Shown: positions 30,034-42,267, counted from the first letter of the stretch. The stretch: 57,462 nt of DNA from Candidatus Tenderia sp. (GCA_031416075.1 JANOSY010000046.1:1-57462), one strand, 5' to 3'. The notes: generated by a model not told the origin, from the sequence alone. Numbers and translations are program-made.

Positions 30034-32475
30034 TTATAAAATTCTGTTTTTTATATATGCTGCCTGTTCCACTGTGCGGACCTTTAACCATGTAATAAAC
30101 TCGTCCGCCAGCAGCGGATAACTGATGCAGTAACCTTGTGCCTGATCACACCCCAGCTCAGTCAGCCGTTCTAATACAGCCAGACTCTCAACCCCTTCCG
30201 CCACCACGCGCAACCCCATGTTATGGCCAAGGTCGATGGTGGAACGCACAATCACCAGATCTTCACTGTTGTCACTATCCAACATGTCAATCACAAATGA
30301 TTTATCTATTTTTATCTCAGCAACAGGTAGCTGTTTAAGATAGACAAGGGATGAGTAACCTGTACCAAAATCGTCTATCGACAGCCCTATCCCCATTTCA
30401 TTCAACTGTTTCAGTGTATGCATGGCGCGCATGGGATCGGCCATGATGGCGCTTTCGGTAATCTCAAACAGCAGCTGACATGCGGGCACCTGCCACTCAT
30501 CGAGCAGCAGACTGATATGATCTGCAAGCTGTTGATCCTGTAGATGGCTGGCAGAGAGATTGATCGACATTACAACATCCACCCCAGCCTGTTGCCAGAG
30601 ATGGTATTGGTGCAGCGCCTCCTCCAGCACAAACAGGGTGAGTGGGCGGATAAGACCGGTCTGCTCGGCCAGGGGAATAAACTCATCTGAAGACAACAGG
30701 CCACGTTGTGGATGTTGCCAACGCACCAACGCCTCCACCCCGGTCACCACATCCCGCTTAAGGTCGACCTTCGGCTGATAGTAGAGCACCAGCTCATCAT
30801 TTTCGATAGCACGCCGCAGCTCACCCGCCAGTGCCAGACGGGTGACACTGTGTTGATCCTGCTCCGGGCTATAAATAACAAAATCCTGCGATGCCCGTTT
30901 GGCAACATACATGGCCACATCGGCGTGACGCATCAGCGTCGAGCTGTCCATGCCATGTTCGGGGAACAGCGCGATACCGATACTGATACCAACGTGAAGG
31001 CTGTGATCGTCCACCACAATTGGTTCTTCAAGCACTGCTGCCAATTTACGAGCGGCATTAACAGCATCACCCTCTCCTGTAATGGCGGGCAATACCACGG
31101 CAAACTCATCGCCCCCCAGGCGCGAGATAGTGTCAGACTCACGCAATGCGGCACACATACGGATCGCCACCTGCTGCAATACCACATCACCATAGTGGTG
31201 GCCCAGGGTATCGTTAATCTCTTTAAAACGGTCCAGATCAGCAATAAACAGCGCCAGCGGTTGCTGTTTACGTTGTGCTGTCATAATGGCATGGCGCAGT
31301 CGATCGTTCAGCAACAACCGATTAGGCAGCTCCGTCAGGGAGTCGTGCAGGGCTTGATGTTCAAGCTGCTGATTCAGCATGGCCAGCTCACGAGTGCGCT
31401 TGGCAACACGCTGCTCCAACTCCTCCTGCATCGCTTTGATACCGACCTCGTAATGTTTACGCTCGGTAATGTCGCGAACTATAGCAATGTAGAGCACCCC
31501 CTCATCGCGCCACAGTTCACTCACTGCCATCTCAACGGGAAAAGTATGTCCATCCCGATGGCGACCAATGGTCTCCTGAGTAATCGCGCTCTCCCGTGGT
31601 GGAAAGGTGGAACGAATGCCGTGCACCAGCAACCCCGTTAGCGGCCTGCCGACCACTTCACTGGCCTGATAGCCAAAGAGCTGTTCAGCGGCAGGATTCA
31701 TGGACTCAACATCACCCCAGCCACGAATTGTAATAATGCCGTTAACCACATTATCCATGATCGCCCGAATATGGGTTTCACCCACCACCAACTGGGCACG
31801 CATCAGTTCAAGATCTTCTGCAAGACCGACAATCTCATCAACGTTTGAATTCACCACAAGACGTTCACCCGTACGCCCGGCAACAATTTTCCGTGCCGCA
31901 CTCCGCAGCTGTCGAAGGGGACGTGTCACTTGAGGTGAAATCACTGCCAGCAGCAGTAGTGACAACAGAATGTAACCCACAGCCAGTAACATGCCACGTT
32001 TGTAGGTCTGCTCAATGTGCTCCTGGGTAGAGGCCTCGTCATACCCCAATTGCAGTACCGCGTCCCGTCCCTCAAACGAGAGGCGCAAAGCAATGAAGTA
32101 GACATTGTCACCATGATCTCCAAAAAAGAAATCTTCCTGGAAATTTAAAGTCGAATTAAAACGGCTACTGGACGAGGTGAGCGTCCTGCCCCCCTCAAAA
32201 ATAAGTTTTGCGTATACAACCCGCCCATCAACAAACGTATCATCGATAGTATCGATAACCTGTTTGCTGCTATTAGTTGCCGCGATATGATTCGTGAGCT
32301 GATGGGCGCTATAACGGGAAGAGCTAATAAACTGCTCCTGATAGCCATGCTCAACCAACTTCAATACCCAACTAAACAGTATTGAAATAAGCACGGCGTG
32401 AATCAGCAGGCCGCCAATAATGATGTAACTTGCAAACCCCCATTTCCAGTGCTTCAATTGACTCTGCCTTGCCAA
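30034..32475 (-). CDS. Membrane HAMP-PAS-GGDEF-EAL c-di-GMP signalling protein
   Basis: Two TM helices, HAMP (TRPLRQL), PAS (NPAAEQLFGY...RDITERK), RLGGDEF, YQPKV...EALVRW, IDDFGTGYSSL. Confidence 0.93.
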   Translation of the reverse strand: MARQSQLKHWKWGFASYIIIGGLLIHAVLISILFSWVLKLVEHGYQEQFISSSRYSAHQLTNHIAATNSSKQVIDTIDDTFVDGRVVYAKLIFEGGRTLTSSSSRFNSTLNFQEDFFFGDHGDNVYFIALRLSFEGRDAVLQLGYDEASTQEHIEQTYKRGMLLAVGYILLSLLLLAVISPQVTRPLRQLRSAARKIVAGRTGERLVVNSNVDEIVGLAEDLELMRAQLVVGETHIRAIMDNVVNGIITIRGWGDVESMNPAAEQLFGYQASEVVGRPLTGLLVHGIRSTFPPRESAITQETIGRHRDGHTFPVEMAVSELWRDEGVLYIAIVRDITERKHYEVGIKAMQEELEQRVAKRTRELAMLNQQLEHQALHDSLTELPNRLLLNDRLRHAIMTAQRKQQPLALFIADLDRFKEINDTLGHHYGDVVLQQVAIRMCAALRESDTISRLGGDEFAVVLPAITGEGDAVNAARKLAAVLEEPIVVDDHSLHVGISIGIALFPEHGMDSSTLMRHADVAMYVAKRASQDFVIYSPEQDQHSVTRLALAGELRRAIENDELVLYYQPKVDLKRDVVTGVEALVRWQHPQRGLLSSDEFIPLAEQTGLIRPLTLFVLEEALHQYHLWQQAGVDVVMSINLSASHLQDQQLADHISLLLDEWQVPACQLLFEITESAIMADPMRAMHTLKQLNEMGIGLSIDDFGTGYSSLVYLKQLPVAEIKIDKSFVIDMLDSDNSEDLVIVRSTIDLGHNMGLRVVAEGVESLAVLERLTELGCDQAQGYCISYPLLADEFITWLKVRTVEQAAYIKNRIL

Positions 32476-32918
32476 ACAACCGCAACTACCACCATACCTG
32501 CATCAGCCCTCAACTGATCGCGCCACATAAATGTCACCGCGTTTCGCTGCTTACGTAGTGTACTCAGTAACTCCTGCTGGTTGTTATACATCTGTGGCCG
32601 ATAACCGCTACCCTGGCGCACCACATTGGCCATAAGTTGGCGTTCATATAGCGGCGCTGACATAAATAACGCCTTCTGCAAAAACACCTGATATAACAGC
32701 GGCTCAGTACGGTTAATCACTGCAGTCAAGGGGGGTTGATGACTCGTTGGCAGACCCAAATAGAGCCTACGAATCTCCGGAGTAGTCAGGCGAACGTCGT
32801 TACCACCCACATAACTTACCAATACCAGTGAGCGGATTTCGTTTGCCATTCCAGAGGGAAGGACGGCAAATGCCGCCAATATCACAATGAAAGAAATCAT
32901 ATGCTTGATCATGACCAC
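32454..32918 (-). CDS. Exported hypothetical protein (small periplasmic binding-protein-like)
   Basis: Signal peptide, LT..EIRRLYLG motif. Overlaps the start of the downstream sensor gene. Confidence 0.7.
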   Translation of the reverse strand: MVMIKHMISFIVILAAFAVLPSGMANEIRSLVLVSYVGGNDVRLTTPEIRRLYLGLPTSHQPPLTAVINRTEPLLYQVFLQKALFMSAPLYERQLMANVVRQGSGYRPQMYNNQQELLSTLRKQRNAVTFMWRDQLRADAGMVVVAVVWQGRVN

Positions 32919-33120
32919 GCAGCACTCCCTTGCTGACCCTATTCGATTGACACACGGAGTCGACTCACGCTTATCTGCTGAGTTAATTAACGGATAACCA
33001 GAATCAGTGCAACAACAGAAAGCTTACCCCCAACACACAGCGCCCTCCGCACCCCTGTGAGGGCAGAAAAACCGACAACAAACGAACTAGCAAACTAGGC
33101 AATATTTTTCCATCAGTTGA

Positions 33121-34326
33121 TTATAGTGGCGCTGCAATCACTTTGGCATCTGGGCCACCCGCACGAATACTAAAATGGTACTGGCCGGCCTCTTTTGTGG
33201 CTTTGTTGGTGACTATCAAGCTAATCTTATAGTCACCTGGCGGCAACGGGACCTGAGCGCCACGTGTCTGCAGGGTTGTAAACTCCTTCATCACCCGCTG
33301 GAACAGTTCGCCAACACTGCCACCTGCCAAATTGCCGTTCTGAAACACCCCACGTCCTGTGCTGGCTATTTTCTTCAACTCATCGATGTTGATCGTCTCA
33401 CCCAAACCGATGACGTGAGTTGTCAAACGGGGATGGCTGCTAATGGCTGACAAGGTCTGGGCCAACGCATCAGCCGGCTTTTGTGACACAGGTCCCGTGG
33501 TGCCAAACTGACGATAGCTGGCACCACTGGTGGTTGTCAGGGGCTGATCTGGCTGTTTGCTGTTATCAAACCAGCTGTAATTATCGGCACCGTCAGAAAA
33601 GACCAACATCACGTACTGATCTCGGGGGCCATTAAAAATACCGTTGTCATAATCAATCTTCATCCGTTTTGCCATCACCTCCACCGCAGAATAGAGCTTG
33701 GTCTGACCACCATCCTGCTGCGGGGAGGGAATAGTAAGCAGATCACTAGGTTGCCAGTCACCTTGCCCACCCGCACCCGACTGACTCTGCTTGATCAATG
33801 AATCAAACCAGACCACTGAAAACTTGATCTTGCCTGGGCGGTTTTTCCAAAGATCCAGCACCTCCTGATAACTATCCCGCGCCGCCGTTTTCATGGGCAC
33901 AAACGCTGGCGGATTGCCCACGGTCATGGAGTAACTGGCGTCCAGTACCATTCCAAAATTGAGATTAACGCCCAGCTCTTCACTGGATTGATTAAGCAGT
34001 GACTCCACATCAACAGGGCTATCGTTCACGCGCAGTTCTACATCGAACTCATCTGAATTAAGAGGATTGCCTGTCTTGTCCCGTGCTGAAAACTGCACCA
34101 CCATTTGGGTAAGTCCTCTACCATCATTGGGGTAGGAGACCGTCGGCTGTATCGGCACACTCAGTTGCAAACCCGATTTTGAACCACCACCCGTGCCGGG
34201 TGTGCCCGTATTACCAGGGGTTCCTGCCGGGTCAGGATTATAACCACCACTACAGCTAACCAGTAGTGGCAGTACCAACAGTGACAAAAAAGAGGCGGGA
34301 TGTTTAAAGCGCGATACAACGGACAT
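33121..34326 (-). CDS. VWA-domain lipoprotein
   Basis: Lipobox LVSC, Gly/Pro/Thr linker, MIDAS-like VLDASYSM, T.LYSAV, VFSDGADN, HVIGLG. Confidence 0.8.
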   Translation of the reverse strand: MSVVSRFKHPASFLSLLVLPLLVSCSGGYNPDPAGTPGNTGTPGTGGGSKSGLQLSVPIQPTVSYPNDGRGLTQMVVQFSARDKTGNPLNSDEFDVELRVNDSPVDVESLLNQSSEELGVNLNFGMVLDASYSMTVGNPPAFVPMKTAARDSYQEVLDLWKNRPGKIKFSVVWFDSLIKQSQSGAGGQGDWQPSDLLTIPSPQQDGGQTKLYSAVEVMAKRMKIDYDNGIFNGPRDQYVMLVFSDGADNYSWFDNSKQPDQPLTTTSGASYRQFGTTGPVSQKPADALAQTLSAISSHPRLTTHVIGLGETINIDELKKIASTGRGVFQNGNLAGGSVGELFQRVMKEFTTLQTRGAQVPLPPGDYKISLIVTNKATKEAGQYHFSIRAGGPDAKVIAAPL

Positions 34327-34483
34327 GGGAGACCTCACTACTGAACTATCTTGCGGGAATATGCATGTAGAGTACCGCAAATACCCCTAGAGACAAAGCG
34401 CCATAGACGGTGAGAGCCGTTAATCTTCGTGTTAATAGATGGTTTTACAATCGCCGCTACCGATTAAAATGCAGAAACCCCAT

Positions 34484-35080
34484 TTACTCACCTGCCAGCA
34501 ACCGCTGCACATCAGGAATAATCTCTTTTGGGCCTGCGGCAATTTTAAAAAAGGCACGGATACGCCCTTGTTGATCAATAAGATAGATGATGCCGGTATG
34601 GGCAATACTATACTCACCCGCCGCATTCACCGGCTCTTTTTCGAAACGGGTACCGTACTGTTTTGCCACCTTACGAATCTCATCCAACGTGCCACCCAAC
34701 CCGACAAACCCAGGGTTGAAATAGTCCATGTAAGCCGCCAACCTTTCAGGGGTATCACGCTCTGGATCAAGGGTAATAAACAGCACCTGGAGTTTATTAC
34801 CGTCATCACCCAACAGCTTATGTATCCGCTGCATAGTGAACATGGTGGTAGGGCAGATATCAGGGCAATGGGTATAACCAAAACTAAGCAGTACCACTTT
34901 GCCACGAAAATCAGCCAGATTGATGGGGATGGCACTTTGGTCTATCAACGTAAAAGCCCCGCCCCAGCTATCGTAGACCTTCAGCGGTTCAACAGCTGCA
35001 GCAGGGCGCAACGCCACCAGCAGCAACAAAGCGATTACTGTCCCAGGCAGACAACGTAGTATTCTGGATAAATTCAACAT
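34484..35080 (-). CDS. SCO1/SenC family copper chaperone
   Basis: FGYTHCPDICP, ITLDPERDTPE, conserved His (IAHT). Confidence 0.93.
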   Translation of the reverse strand: MLNLSRILRCLPGTVIALLLLVALRPAAAVEPLKVYDSWGGAFTLIDQSAIPINLADFRGKVVLLSFGYTHCPDICPTTMFTMQRIHKLLGDDGNKLQVLFITLDPERDTPERLAAYMDYFNPGFVGLGGTLDEIRKVAKQYGTRFEKEPVNAAGEYSIAHTGIIYLIDQQGRIRAFFKIAAGPKEIIPDVQRLLAGE

Positions 35081-35170
35081 GTTGACTCTATCGGACTGTT
35101 TGTACTGCAGTTAGAGGGGATAACTTTATCATCACCTCTTCGACGGGGTGCAATGATCACAAAAACAAGC

Positions 35171-35635
35171 TCACATCGCTGGCGGCCAATCAGCACCCAA
35201 AAGTTGCCGCGCCATAATCAATGCATCTTCACGGCCATCTACTGCGGGATAATAACCTTTACGCCGCCCTAGTTCATTAAAGCCGAGCGACTCATACAGG
35301 GCAATCGCGCTGCGGTTAGAGGGGCGCACCTCGAGCAATACCATATCAACCTCACACCCTGCCAAGGCATCCAGCTGCTCCTGTAATAACAGCCGCCCAT
35401 ACCCTCTGCCACGCAACGTGGCGCGGATACATATATTCAGTATATGGGCCTCCCTGGCCCCTATCAAAACCAGCGAATAGCCCTGTATCACACCGTCAAT
35501 TTCAAAGATGCGGCAACGGTATCCAGCCCCCAGACAGTCAAGGAAGTTACCCATACTCCAAGGATACTCATACGCCTGCTTTTCGATCTCCATCACCAGC
35601 GGCAGATCAGCCGCCTGCATAACGCGGTAGACCAT
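35171..35635 (-). CDS. rimI: Ribosomal protein S18-alanine N-acetyltransferase
   Basis: YPWS, EAHILNI, RGRGYG, LEVRPSN..AIALY...GF...GRRKGYY...GREDA. Alternative TTG start at 35653. Confidence 0.92.
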   Translation of the reverse strand: MVYRVMQAADLPLVMEIEKQAYEYPWSMGNFLDCLGAGYRCRIFEIDGVIQGYSLVLIGAREAHILNICIRATLRGRGYGRLLLQEQLDALAGCEVDMVLLEVRPSNRSAIALYESLGFNELGRRKGYYPAVDGREDALIMARQLLGADWPPAM

Positions 35636-35636
35636 G

Positions 35637-36386
35637 TTAGCTGGCGCTGACAATTGAACGGGCGAAGAGCAGATCTTCCCACGCCTTACGTTTTTCATGG
35701 GGCGCACGTAGCAAATAAGCAGGGTGATAGGTGACAACAACTGGCGTCTGAGCATCACTGTACCTATGCTCTTTGCCACGCAACACCCCCACGGCAAGAT
35801 CATTATGTAACAGGTTATGGGCGGCAATACGGCCAACCGCGACAATAATCCGCGGCTTAATCAGGGCAACCTGCTGTTGAAGGTACCCCGCGCAGCTGGC
35901 CAGCTCCTCAACATGTGGGTCACGATTACCCGGTGGCCGACATTTAACAATGTTGGTGATGTAGACATCTTGCCGCGCTAAGCCCAGGGCATTAAGCATC
36001 AGATTAAACAGCTCCCCTGCTTTGCCCACAAAAGGTTCACCCTGTTGATCCTCATCAGCACTAGGGGCCTCACCCACAAACATCCAGGCGGCACTGCGAC
36101 TACCCGATCCCACTACTGCATGAGTACGCTGCCGATGCAGTTCACACCGGTTGCAATTAACAATCCCCGCCTCCAACGCACCCCACTCCGCAGGCAACTG
36201 AAGCTGCTGGTGAGGTGCCACAATTACCGGCAAAGAAGGGCTCACCGCAGACGCTTGGATATCCTGAATCACAGGAGACGACGGTATCTGAGCTGCCGCT
36301 TGAACACCCTGCCGCCGCTGCCAGACCTGAATCCCCATCGCATCCAGATAGGCATGATGCAGAACAGACATCTCTTTATCCGCCAT
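35637..36386 (-). CDS. Uracil-DNA glycosylase family 4 (Fe-S)
   Basis: C..C.L, VGEAP, GEPFVG.AG, TNIVKCRPPGNR.P, TYHPAYLLR. Confidence 0.92.
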   Translation of the reverse strand: MADKEMSVLHHAYLDAMGIQVWQRRQGVQAAAQIPSSPVIQDIQASAVSPSLPVIVAPHQQLQLPAEWGALEAGIVNCNRCELHRQRTHAVVGSGSRSAAWMFVGEAPSADEDQQGEPFVGKAGELFNLMLNALGLARQDVYITNIVKCRPPGNRDPHVEELASCAGYLQQQVALIKPRIIVAVGRIAAHNLLHNDLAVGVLRGKEHRYSDAQTPVVVTYHPAYLLRAPHEKRKAWEDLLFARSIVSAS

Positions 36387-36394
36387 TGTTAAAG

Positions 36395-37930
36395 CTAAAT
36401 CTGTGGATGGGCCCGCTCAGCGGCGGACAACAACTTGTTCAAAGCATTGATATACGCCCTGGCTGAGGCGATCACAATATCGATGTCAGCCCCCTGTCCA
36501 TTGACAATACGCCCGCCCTTCTCCAATCGTACCGTCACCTCACCCTGTGCATCGGTACCACTGGTGATGTTATTCACAGAATAGAGCTGCAACGTCGTGC
36601 CACTATTCACTATCGTTTCAATGGCCTTATAGGAGGCATCCACCGGTCCGCCCCCTTCAGATTGCGCCTGACGCTCGTCCCCATCCACCCAAAGTGCCAC
36701 CGTCGCCAACGGTGTTTCACCGGTCTCAGAACAGACCTTCAAGGCGACCAATTTAATATGTTCGTTATCTGCCTCCGTACTCGTTTCAGAGACCAACGCC
36801 TGCAGATCCTCATCAAAGATCTCATGCTTTTTATCCGCCAGCTCTTTAAATCGGGCGAATGTTGCATTCAACTCATCTTCCGTGGCAAAACTGATATTCA
36901 GCTCCTGTAGACGGGTACGGAAAGCATTACGCCCCGAGTGTTTACCCAGCACCATCCGGTTATCACTCCAACCCACATCCTGGGCGCGCATAATTTCATA
37001 GGTTTCACGGCTCTTCAGCACACCATCCTGATGAATACCTGACTCATGTGCAAACGCATTAGCCCCCACAATAGCCTTATTAGGCTGCACAGGAAAACCG
37101 GTAATGCCAGAGACCAAGCGACTGCAGGTGACAATCTGAGTGGCATCAAGGGTGGTATCACAGACAAAAAGATCCTGACGGGTACGGACCGCCATCACCA
37201 CCTCTTCAAGCGCAGCATTACCGGCACGCTCACCCAAACCGTTAATCGTACACTCCACCTGTCGTGCGCCACTCATCACCGCCGCCAGAGAGTTGGCCAC
37301 GGCAAGGCCAAGATCGTTATGGCAATGCACTGAAAAGATCGCTTTATCAGAGTTTGGAACACGCTCAATCAGACGTTTCACCAGCTCACCAAACTGATGT
37401 GGCACGTTATACCCCACTGTGTCGGGAATATTAATGGTAGTAGCGCCAGCATTAATCGCTGCCTCGATCACACGACAGAGAAAATCCAGTTCAGAACGCC
37501 CCGCATCTTCGGGTGAAAACTCGACATTATCTGTATGCTGACGGGCGCGTTTGACCGCCCTCACTGCCTGCTCCACCACCTGATCAGGCGTCATACGCAA
37601 TTTCATCTGCATATGAATAGGCGATGTTGCTATGAAGGTGTGAATCCGCCCGGAGTTGGCCCCTTTAAGCGCCTCACCGGCACGATCGATATCCTTATCC
37701 AGGGCACGGGCCAGGCCGCACACAGTGCTATCCTGCACCACCTTGGCCACGGCACACACCGCCTCAAAATCCCCCTGACTGGCCACAGGAAATCCAGCTT
37801 CGATCACATCAACCCGCATCTTCTCCAGCGCTTTGGCAATACGGACCTTCTCATCCTTCGTCATGGAAGCGCCAGGGCTCTGCTCGCCATCACGCAAGGT
37901 CGTATCAAATATAATCAGTTTATTACTCAT
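36395..37930 (-). CDS. leuA: 2-isopropylmalate synthase
   Basis: [43 protein letters not shown]. Confidence 0.97.
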   Translation of the reverse strand: MSNKLIIFDTTLRDGEQSPGASMTKDEKVRIAKALEKMRVDVIEAGFPVASQGDFEAVCAVAKVVQDSTVCGLARALDKDIDRAGEALKGANSGRIHTFIATSPIHMQMKLRMTPDQVVEQAVRAVKRARQHTDNVEFSPEDAGRSELDFLCRVIEAAINAGATTINIPDTVGYNVPHQFGELVKRLIERVPNSDKAIFSVHCHNDLGLAVANSLAAVMSGARQVECTINGLGERAGNAALEEVVMAVRTRQDLFVCDTTLDATQIVTCSRLVSGITGFPVQPNKAIVGANAFAHESGIHQDGVLKSRETYEIMRAQDVGWSDNRMVLGKHSGRNAFRTRLQELNISFATEDELNATFARFKELADKKHEIFDEDLQALVSETSTEADNEHIKLVALKVCSETGETPLATVALWVDGDERQAQSEGGGPVDASYKAIETIVNSGTTLQLYSVNNITSGTDAQGEVTVRLEKGGRIVNGQGADIDIVIASARAYINALNKLLSAAERAHPQI

Positions 37931-38025
37931 ATTTCCGCTCCGCATGATGATGTAATCGCAGCACTAAAGATCATCTGGCCACCCCATTGTCACAACCATT
38001 TAACAACACCACACCATATAAAAAA

Positions 38026-38793
38026 TCACTCACTGTGCACATCGTGCTCCTGCTTCGTATTTAGTTTACGCTCCGCACGGCGACGACGGAGTTGCACCAG
38101 AGTCAGGCCAATACCAAACACAGAGTAGCCAAACACAATCAGGAAAATCATGCGCGGAGGATCCATGGCAATCAAAACAAATACCGCCACCACCAGCAAC
38201 ATTTTGAAAAATGGTACCTTGCCTTTAAGGTCAAGATCTTTAAAGCTCGAATAACGGACCGTACTCACCATTAATATACCGGCTGAGATTGAAAGAAAAG
38301 CAGCAATCCAGGCTAGATTTTCACGCACCCAACCCGCGTCATCCCCCCACCAGACAAAACTCACCAACAGGGCAGCAGCAGCAGGGCTGGCCAACCCCTG
38401 AAAGTAACGTTTGTCCGCAATACCAACCTGTGTATTAAAACGGGCCAGCCGCAAAGCAGCTCCTGCTGCATACATAAATGCCGCAGCAAACCCCACCTTA
38501 CCCAGCGGTGCTAACGCCCAGGTATACATCACCAACGCCGGGGCCACCCCAAACGAGACCATGTCGGCAAGACTGTCATACTCCTTGCCAAAATCACTTT
38601 GGGTATTTGTCATCCGCGCCAAACGTCCATCCATGCCATCCATAAACATAGCAATAAATATCGCAATGGCAGCCGCTTCAAAACGGCCATTCATAGCAGC
38701 AATAATGGCGTAAAAACCGGCAAACAGCCCTGCGGTAGTAAACAGATTGGGTAACAGGTAGATGCCACGACTACGTTTTTTTTCGGTTTCCAT
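38026..38793 (-). CDS. pssA: CDP-diacylglycerol--serine O-phosphatidyltransferase
   Basis: GIYLLPNLFT, DGMDGRLAR.T..QSDFG.EYDSLADMVSFG, RLARFN. RBS AGGAG before ATG 38793. Confidence 0.93.
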   Translation of the reverse strand: METEKKRSRGIYLLPNLFTTAGLFAGFYAIIAAMNGRFEAAAIAIFIAMFMDGMDGRLARMTNTQSDFGKEYDSLADMVSFGVAPALVMYTWALAPLGKVGFAAAFMYAAGAALRLARFNTQVGIADKRYFQGLASPAAAALLVSFVWWGDDAGWVRENLAWIAAFLSISAGILMVSTVRYSSFKDLDLKGKVPFFKMLLVVAVFVLIAMDPPRMIFLIVFGYSVFGIGLTLVQLRRRRAERKLNTKQEHDVHSE

Positions 38794-38933
38794 CGATTCC
38801 GTCACTCCTTTTACACATAACATCTTCATGTCGTCAGCCGCACAAGACGTAACCTTGATAAGGCGTTTGCACACCCATATCAATCCAGGCCACCACATAA
38901 TATCTCTACAACATTTACATAGAGTCAATAACA

Positions 38934-38969
38934 AACAGGGACTGGTGCACCAATGCACCAGTCCCTGTT
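38934..38969 (-). terminator. Hairpin after ilvC
   Basis: AACAGGGACTGGTGCA-CCAA-TGCACCAGTCCCTGTT, followed on the minus strand by a T-rich tract. Confidence 0.8.
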
Positions 38970-38988
38970 AGGGCCGAACAAACCAGCG

Positions 38989-40020
<1,032 letters not shown>

Positions 40021-40070
40021 TTACTCTAAAATGTCTGTACTTAAGTCAAAAAACTCAAACCAACCCGGCA

Positions 40071-40565
40071 TTACAGTGAAAGGCTCTTCTCACCACGAGA
40101 TATACCAGAAACACCTGAGCGCACCGTCTCCATAATCGCGTCGCGACCGATCGCTTCGATAAAGGCATCCAGCTTATCGCCGGTTCCGGTCAGCTCAATG
40201 GTATAAGTGCTGGCAGTCACGTCAATAATATGGCCACGGAAGATATCCGCCAGCCGCTTTATTTCGTTACGCGGCTCGCTCTCAGCCGCCCGTACCTTGA
40301 CCATCATCATCTCACGCTCAATGTGCGGCCCTTCAGTCAAATCAATCAACTTCACCACATCAATGAGCTTATTCAACTGTTTGGTAATCTGTTCAATAAT
40401 CTGATCTGACCCACGAGTCACCACGGTCATACGTGACAGCGTTGGATCCTCTGTTGGCGCAACCGTCAACGATTCAATATTGTAACCCCTGGCAGAGAAA
40501 AGCCCTGCAACACGAGAGAGGGCACCCGATTCATTTTCCATCAAAATTGAGATTATATGACGCAT
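40071..40565 (-). CDS. ilvH: Acetolactate synthase small subunit
   Basis: MRHIISIL.ENESGALSRVAGLFSARGYNIESL ACT domain. Confidence 0.96.
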   Translation of the reverse strand: MRHIISILMENESGALSRVAGLFSARGYNIESLTVAPTEDPTLSRMTVVTRGSDQIIEQITKQLNKLIDVVKLIDLTEGPHIEREMMMVKVRAAESEPRNEIKRLADIFRGHIIDVTASTYTIELTGTGDKLDAFIEAIGRDAIMETVRSGVSGISRGEKSLSL

Positions 40566-40569
40566 CAAA

Positions 40570-42267
40570 TTACACCAGAATCATTTCGTTCAAACCCGCA
40601 CCATTTGGAATCATCGGGTAGACATTTTCGGACTGATCAGTGACAAAGTCGATAAAGACCAGACGATCCTTATACTTACCAATCGCATCCTGCAGCGCTG
40701 GTATCACATCCTCTTTTTTCTCAACACGGATACCGATGTGGCCATAGGCCTCAGTCAATTTAACAAAGTCAGGCAGCGCTTCCATATATGACATGGCGTA
40801 ACGCCTCTGGTAGAAAAACTCCTGCCACTGGCGAACCATGCCGAGAAAGCGATTGTTAAGACAGATAATTTTAATTGGCAAACCATATTGAAGACAGGTG
40901 GATAGCTCCTGAATACACATCTGAATGCTACCCTCCCCCGTCACACAGGCAACCGTAGCGCCGGGATTGGCAAACTGGGCCCCCATCGCTGCTGGCAAAC
41001 CAAAACCCATCGTGCCCAAACCACCCGAGTTAATCCAGCGGTATGGCTTATCAAACTTATAGAACTGTGCCGCCCACATCTGGTGCTGACCAACATCAGA
41101 GGTGACAAAGGCATCACCTTTAGTCACCTTATACAGGCTCTCCACCACATACTGGGGTTTAATCACATCGCCGGTCTGGTCGTACTTTAAACAGTCAACC
41201 GCACGCCACTCGTCAATCTGCTTCCACCATTCGGCAAGTGCCTTTTTATCAGGTTTAACGTCGGTCTCATCCAAAATGGCCAGCATCTCCTTAACAACAC
41301 TGCTGACACCGCCCACAATAGGCACATCAACCTTGACATTTTTGGAGATAGAGGCCGGATCGATATCAACATGAATGATCTGCGCCGTTGGGCAAAATTT
41401 TTCAATATTGCCCGTCACACGGTCATCAAAACGGGCACCGATCGCAATTAAGACATCGCAATGGTGCATCGCCATGTTGGCTTCATAGTTACCATGCATA
41501 CCCAACATACCCAGAAACTGCTTATCAGTCGCCGGATAGCCACCCAACCCCATCAGGGTATTGGTGATCGGATAGCCCAGCTTACGAACCATCTCCGTCA
41601 GGGGCTTGGCACCACGATCAAGGATAACGCCACCGCCAGTGTAGACCATGGGCCGTTTGGCCGACAGCATCAGCTCCACTGCCTTCTGAATCTGACGCTT
41701 ATTACCTTTTTCTACCGGGCTATAAGAACGTATTTTGACCCGTTTAGGATAGTGGTACTCACACCTGTCCGCAGTAACGTCTTTGGGTATATCAATCACA
41801 ACAGGGCCGGGACGGCCAGTAGTGGCGATATAAAACGCCTTCTTAATGGTCTCAGCCAGCAGCGTGACATCTTTGACCAAAAAATTATGTTTAACACAGG
41901 GCCGGGTTATACCGATGGAATCAACTTCCTGAAAGGCGTCATTGCCAATCATGTCAGTGGGCACCTGGCCAGTAAAAACCACCATTGGAATGGAGTCCAT
42001 ATAAGCAGTAGCGATACCCGTTACCGCGTTGGTGGCTCCGGGACCAGAGGTCACCAGCACCACACCTGGCTTGCCGGACGAACGGGCGTAACCATCCGCA
42101 GCATGGGTTGCCGCCTGCTCATGACGCACTAAAATATGCTTCACCGCATCCTGCTGATACAGCGCATCGTATATATGCAGCACAGCCCCACCGGGGTAGC
42201 CAAAGATATATTCGACACCTTCATCCCTCAGACAGTGGGCGATGATTTCGGCACCAGTCAGTTCCAC
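40570..42267 (-). CDS. ilvI: Acetolactate synthase large subunit
   Basis: FGYPGGA, RHEQ, TSGPGATN, DVGQHQM, SGGLGTMGFG, GEGS...NN ThDP motif. GTG start 8 nt after AGGAG. Confidence 0.96.
   Translation of the reverse strand: MELTGAEIIAHCLRDEGVEYIFGYPGGAVLHIYDALYQQDAVKHILVRHEQAATHAADGYARSSGKPGVVLVTSGPGATNAVTGIATAYMDSIPMVVFTGQVPTDMIGNDAFQEVDSIGITRPCVKHNFLVKDVTLLAETIKKAFYIATTGRPGPVVIDIPKDVTADRCEYHYPKRVKIRSYSPVEKGNKRQIQKAVELMLSAKRPMVYTGGGVILDRGAKPLTEMVRKLGYPITNTLMGLGGYPATDKQFLGMLGMHGNYEANMAMHHCDVLIAIGARFDDRVTGNIEKFCPTAQIIHVDIDPASISKNVKVDVPIVGGVSSVVKEMLAILDETDVKPDKKALAEWWKQIDEWRAVDCLKYDQTGDVIKPQYVVESLYKVTKGDAFVTSDVGQHQMWAAQFYKFDKPYRWINSGGLGTMGFGLPAAMGAQFANPGATVACVTGEGSIQMCIQELSTCLQYGLPIKIICLNNRFLGMVRQWQEFFYQRRYAMSYMEALPDFVKLTEAYGHIGIRVEKKEDVIPALQDAIGKYKDRLVFIDFVTDQSENVYPMIPNGAGLNEMILV

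Noticed and set aside
30706-31641. Long antisense ORFs (311 aa here, also 24362-25096, 41461-42132, 49010-49594 and others)
   Set aside because: They lie opposite or within well-supported genes, have no recognisable motifs, and are typical shadow ORFs.
32919-33120. c-di-GMP riboswitch upstream of the GGDEF-EAL operon
   Set aside because: Only a simple hairpin is present. I could not find the conserved GEMM motif elements on either strand.
37931-38025. Leucine attenuator leader upstream of leuA
   Set aside because: No Leu-rich leader peptide or terminator/antiterminator pair was seen.
38794-38958. N-terminal extensions in the ORF track (pssA, ilvI, rimI, DGC, MIF, YciI, VWA, esterase)
   Set aside because: Downstream starts have better RBS or family-typical N-termini, and the extensions cross terminators, promoters or other genes.
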